Below, piece after piece: positions 23,151 through 26,999 of a DNA stretch of 26,999 nt. Below the pieces are notes generated by a model that was not told the DNA's origin, made no database searches, and saw nothing but the letters and a program-made list of their open reading frames with translations. The stretch comes from a virus (Duplodnaviria; Caudoviricetes), in the IMG/VR virus record IMGVR_UViG_3300038424_000065, positions 1 through 26,999 of that record, one strand, 5' to 3'. Numbering within the stretch: the first letter of the stretch is position 1; the number at the start of each line of letters is the position of its first letter. A program made the position numbers and the translations under genes.

Positions 23151-24641
23151 ATGGCAGCGACCTACTTCCGGATGGATGGATGGGTTCAGACTCCGACCGG
23201 CGAAGCTGTGCCAGGCGCTTCCGTTGCCGTCCTCGATCAACCAGCAAACTTCACTTCACAACCTGGCTCGCCGTTGGCGACGATCTTCGCGGCTCCAAAT
23301 TCCAATAGCGCGAGCATCTCAACGGCGAGTTGGGCCGCTCAGCAAATCACGTTCGAGTTCTCGACGACGCCGCCGGCCGACGTCGTCGAGGGCTCCTATA
23401 TCGCGGTGAGTAGTGCAAGCCCGGCCGGCTACAATGCCGCTGCTTGGCTCGTTCTTTCAGTGAACGGTGACAACGTCGTCGTTCAAGCGCTCTCGAATCC
23501 TGGCACATACGTCTCAGGCGGCACCGTCGCAACATCCGTACTTCCGAACCCGGTTTCAACTGATGGGAACGGCCATTACTTCTTCTATGCTGCGCCTGGA
23601 ATCTATTCAGTTCAGGTCTACGGTGAAACGATCTTCGAGCAAGACTATCCGGATCAAGGAATCGGAACCGTCGCCGGCGGATCCGTGACCTCGGTCGCGA
23701 TGACGGTTCCGAGCTTCCTCACGATCTCAGGATCTCCGATTACCGGCGCCGGCACGCTCGCGCTCGGACTGGCAGTTGAAAACGCAAAGCTCGTCCTCGC
23801 GGGGCCGACCAGCGGACCAGCCGCCGCTCCGACTTTCCGGAGCCTTGTCGCCGCAGACATTCCGAGCCTCAGCTATGTCGCGAGTGTCGGCTTGACGCTC
23901 GCTGTGCCGAGTTCGATCCTCACCGAAAGCGTGACCGGCTCGCCTATCACCGGAACTGGAACACTCGCGGCTACGATCGGGTTACAGGTACAAGACGCGA
24001 ACGAAGTGTGGGCCGGGCCGACCTCTGGCGGAACGGGAGCGCCGACCTTCCGCAGTCTTGTGACCGCAGATCTGCCCACGGAGATCTACTCGTACGAGCT
24101 TCTCTCTACGGCGGCGCAGCCGACCTTGCGACAGATCGATTCCGAGCTCGAACTTTCATCCGCTGTGACTTCGGTCAGCGGAAGTGTCGCTGCAATTCGC
24201 GGCGCGATCACGACCGATTCCGGCGGAACAATCGGCGGGAGTTCATTTCTCTACGGCGTGCAGGGAAAATTGATTCTCGATGGCACGCTGAACAACCTCT
24301 CGGCTTTCAATGCGGGCGTGTTCGCTCAACTCGACACGTCCGGAGCCGGTTTCGCGCATACGTCCGGTTATCTCGCGCCGATCATTGCGGACATGGGGGC
24401 GACGTCACACCTTTCGAGCGATGCTCTGGCGAATCTAGTCGTTTTGCTGAACACGACGACGTCACTCATCAATGCGATTCTGAAAACAGAAGCGAAGGCG
24501 AGCTACCTCTTCGATCTGAGCGATCTCGGCCAGGGTGCCTACATTGTGGCGGCGGGTGTGGCCGGCAATCAGGACAAGTGCCTTGCGATCCTAGTCGATG
24601 GCACACCGTACTTCATTCCAATCAACTCAGCGCACGCCTAG
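23151..24641 (+). CDS. tail fibre-like protein (496 aa)
   Basis: N-terminal 'G.AVPGASV.V...PLATIF...NPVSTDGNGHYFFYAAPG.Y' attachment domain; two 'AGPTSG...APTFRSLV.AD.P' repeats; C-terminal domain paralogous to 10803..11435. Confidence 0.7.
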   Translation: MAATYFRMDGWVQTPTGEAVPGASVAVLDQPANFTSQPGSPLATIFAAPNSNSASISTASWAAQQITFEFSTTPPADVVEGSYIAVSSASPAGYNAAAWLVLSVNGDNVVVQALSNPGTYVSGGTVATSVLPNPVSTDGNGHYFFYAAPGIYSVQVYGETIFEQDYPDQGIGTVAGGSVTSVAMTVPSFLTISGSPITGAGTLALGLAVENAKLVLAGPTSGPAAAPTFRSLVAADIPSLSYVASVGLTLAVPSSILTESVTGSPITGTGTLAATIGLQVQDANEVWAGPTSGGTGAPTFRSLVTADLPTEIYSYELLSTAAQPTLRQIDSELELSSAVTSVSGSVAAIRGAITTDSGGTIGGSSFLYGVQGKLILDGTLNNLSAFNAGVFAQLDTSGAGFAHTSGYLAPIIADMGATSHLSSDALANLVVLLNTTTSLINAILKTEAKASYLFDLSDLGQGAYIVAAGVAGNQDKCLAILVDGTPYFIPINSAHA

Positions 24642-24644
24642 CAA

Positions 24645-26999
24645 ATGAACAACCCCGGCACAGGACAGCAAGACTCACCGCTCGTCATCTTCGGCGGCCT
24701 CGTCGCTGAACTGAATCCCGCAGATCTCCCGGAAGGATCCGCTGCGATCTGTTGCGACATGGACTTCACCGTCGGCTCGGTGAAGACGCGCTACGGCATC
24801 GAGAACGTCTACGTCTATGATGGGAGCGACGAAGTCCTGGAAGTCGGTGCCGGCGTCAACGTGGCAAACGGCGGCGCCGCCTGGTCGAACCCGACGAATA
24901 TCGAGCACGACTCGCCGCCGAGCTATGCCTCGGTCATCCTAAACGCGGCACCTGTAACGCCATCAATCAACAACATCCAGAACACCTTCGTCCATGCGTC
25001 GAACGCGACGACGGCCACGAATACGATCACGCCAGCAAGTACCGCGATCAACGTCGGCGACACTGGCTTCCTGATGGTGAACGTCTACTATCCCTACGGC
25101 ACGCCGAGCCCGCCGATCGCGATCACGATTCCGCCGGATTCTCTCGGTAATACCTGGACGCCGATCGGATCTCCACAGCACGATCCGGGCGAAGGCGTTA
25201 CGTTCCAAATGTTCTACGCGCGCATGGGAACGGCCGTCCCGATCTCATCGAGCCTCGTTATCACCGGACATTTCGCGTACACGCCGGATCCCCGCATCGG
25301 AGTCACGAACTTCGCTTTTATGAATGTCACCGGGCTCCTGGCGATCGATCAAACCTTACAGGCTGGCGGCTCGACGACGACGCCTTCGGCCGGGCCGATG
25401 ACGATCACGCAGAGCGAAGTTCTTTTCAGCTTCGCGTATACGGAAACGACAGCCACGGCGCCGGCGAGTCCGTGGGCGATCCTCAGTTTCGGGAGTAGCG
25501 GCGCCGGCGCGGGACAGGCAGCGACTCTTACGGCCACGCCAGGAACCTACAACGCAATATGGGGAGAATCGAGCGGCGATCCCTGGCTCGTGACTGCCGT
25601 CGGCTTCACGATCGCGACAGTACCAGCGCCGGCTTTTTCCGACATCTTACAAGCCTCCGGTTACGGGTTCTCTGTGCCGCTAAATTCACAGATCCTCGGC
25701 GTCGAGGTTCAGGTCAAAGGAAAGCAAACTTCGACGGATCCGCGCTCGACGATAACGATGACTCCGATCGTAGGCGGCGGCGGTCCGATCGAATTGCAAC
25801 TTCCGACGGCGCAAGGGACGGTGACGCTCGGCGGACCAGGCAATACGCTCGGAATGACGCTCACGCCGGCGATCGTGAATGGCGGCGGCTTCGGCTTCAA
25901 CTTCGAGGCGTTCGATTCGACCGGCCTGGGCTCGACCTTCGATCTTTCCGCGGCCGTCACGACTGTCTGGTACACGCCGCCGAACTCCACGAACTTCAAC
26001 TGGATCTCGACGTTCGATCTCACCGACGGCGGCGTCTTTACGCTCGCGCTCGATGATGGCGGCGTGCTCTGGCAAGAAGACGTGCTCAACGCCGAAGGGA
26101 TCCTCACGCCGATCTACACGGCGATCGAGCCCGACACCTTCGCGAAGGGCGCCGAGGTTGACGATCGCGAGTTCATCGCGCTCTCGGATCTCATCAACGG
26201 GACGGATATGCCGCGCCAGTGGACCGGGCAATGGCTCGATCGCGTGTCCCAAGTCGGGCCAGGCGTTCCACCTTCGTTCACGGCGACCTCAACCGAATAC
26301 ACGATCACGACGATCACGCAACCGACCGCGGTGACGAACGGAAGCCAGGGCAATCCGATCCGCGCGATCCTCTGGTCGTCCGGGCCAGGCGTGAAGTACC
26401 AGGCCGGCTCGATCATCACGATCGAATACACACTCGCGCCGGCTTTGCCGGATCCGAACATCACGGTCGGCGGAGGCGTCGTGCTTTCCGGTTTCAATAG
26501 CACGGTCGCCGGCGTGGATGGTTCCTACATCGTGATCTCGGTTCAGCAAACAAACACGGGGAACGGACTGCGGAACTCGTTCTCGGTTCAGGCACCGAAT
26601 TCCGGGAATTACTATCGAGATCCAAACACGGGCGCCTCGTATCAAGCCTCGATCGCAACGCTAACGCTCAACGCGCCAGCTTCCGGCGTGCAAGTCGGAA
26701 CGCAAGTCCTCATCTCCGGAACCAGCGTTACGCCACTCAACGAGAGCTGGACGATCCTTAATGCGCTGAACGCCGCGCAGCTCAATATCACCGGGACGTC
26801 ACTGACTTCGGACACAGCGACGTACAACTTCACGCTCATCTCCGGAAGTTTGCCGGCCATTGGCCAGCAGGTAACGGTGACGAACACAGCGAACGGCGAC
26901 GGGATCTTCAACGTCGTTAACGCGATCATCACCGCGGCGAGCCCGTCGAGCTTCGCGATCGCGATTAACTCTCCGGATATACCAGCCGCGGCCGAAGCC
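24645..26999 (+). CDS. large tail protein (tail tubular B / nozzle-like N-terminus), truncated at window end (785 codons in window)
   Basis: Hand translation MNNPGTGQQDSPLVIFGGLVAELNPADLPEGSAAICCDMDFTVGSVKTRYG...; frame spot-checked and still open at the window end (...NSPDIPAAAEA), which explains its absence from the ORF track. Confidence 0.7.
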   Translation, partial: MNNPGTGQQDSPLVIFGGLVAELNPADLPEGSAAICCDMDFTVGSVKTRYGIENVYVYDGSDEVLEVGAGVNVANGGAAWSNPTNIEHDSPPSYASVILNAAPVTPSINNIQNTFVHASNATTATNTITPASTAINVGDTGFLMVNVYYPYGTPSPPIAITIPPDSLGNTWTPIGSPQHDPGEGVTFQMFYARMGTAVPISSSLVITGHFAYTPDPRIGVTNFAFMNVTGLLAIDQTLQAGGSTTTPSAGPMTITQSEVLFSFAYTETTATAPASPWAILSFGSSGAGAGQAATLTATPGTYNAIWGESSGDPWLVTAVGFTIATVPAPAFSDILQASGYGFSVPLNSQILGVEVQVKGKQTSTDPRSTITMTPIVGGGGPIELQLPTAQGTVTLGGPGNTLGMTLTPAIVNGGGFGFNFEAFDSTGLGSTFDLSAAVTTVWYTPPNSTNFNWISTFDLTDGGVFTLALDDGGVLWQEDVLNAEGILTPIYTAIEPDTFAKGAEVDDREFIALSDLINGTDMPRQWTGQWLDRVSQVGPGVPPSFTATSTEYTITTITQPTAVTNGSQGNPIRAILWSSGPGVKYQAGSIITIEYTLAPALPDPNITVGGGVVLSGFNSTVAGVDGSYIVISVQQTNTGNGLRNSFSVQAPNSGNYYRDPNTGASYQASIATLTLNAPASGVQVGTQVLISGTSVTPLNESWTILNALNAAQLNITGTSLTSDTATYNFTLISGSLPAIGQQVTVTNTANGDGIFNVVNAIITAASPSSFAIAINSPDIPAAAEA

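Noticed and set aside
1-26999. Frequent TCGA/GATC/CGATCG words (HIP1-like)
   Set aside because: Plausibly explained by codon usage (ATC, CTC, GTC followed by GAN; GCG-ATC); not quantified against a codon-aware null
1-26999. CRISPR array or diversity-generating retroelement
   Set aside because: No regularly spaced repeats, no reverse transcriptase; the paralogous fibre domains differ too much and not in an adenine-specific way

Overview
A 27-kb segment of a tailed dsDNA phage (or prophage) genome. Essentially all genes are on the + strand, tightly packed, and many are translationally coupled. Order: PD-(D/E)xK-type nuclease and small genes; promoter; two structural-type genes including an AT-richer SGNH esterase cassette; terminase small subunit; a glycosyltransferase-sulfotransferase fusion; terminase large subunit; a cluster of small accessory genes (His-rich, HiPIP-like 4-Cys, Acb2/Tad1-like, zinc finger); decoration/fibre-type genes; HNH; portal; (GE)n scaffold; a non-canonical tRNA-fMet-like gene; HNH; major capsid protein; GroES; adaptor and podovirus-type tail genes, the last running off the window end. 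No integrase, lysis cassette, tape measure or CRISPR array was recognised. Most interesting: the GT-sulfotransferase fusion inside the packaging module, the atypical initiator-tRNA-like RNA, the candidate Acb2/Tad1-like sponge, a 6-copy CACAGGAGAA translation-initiation motif and several structured intergenic RNAs. All protein assignments are from motif recognition by eye; no searches were run and the host cannot be established.
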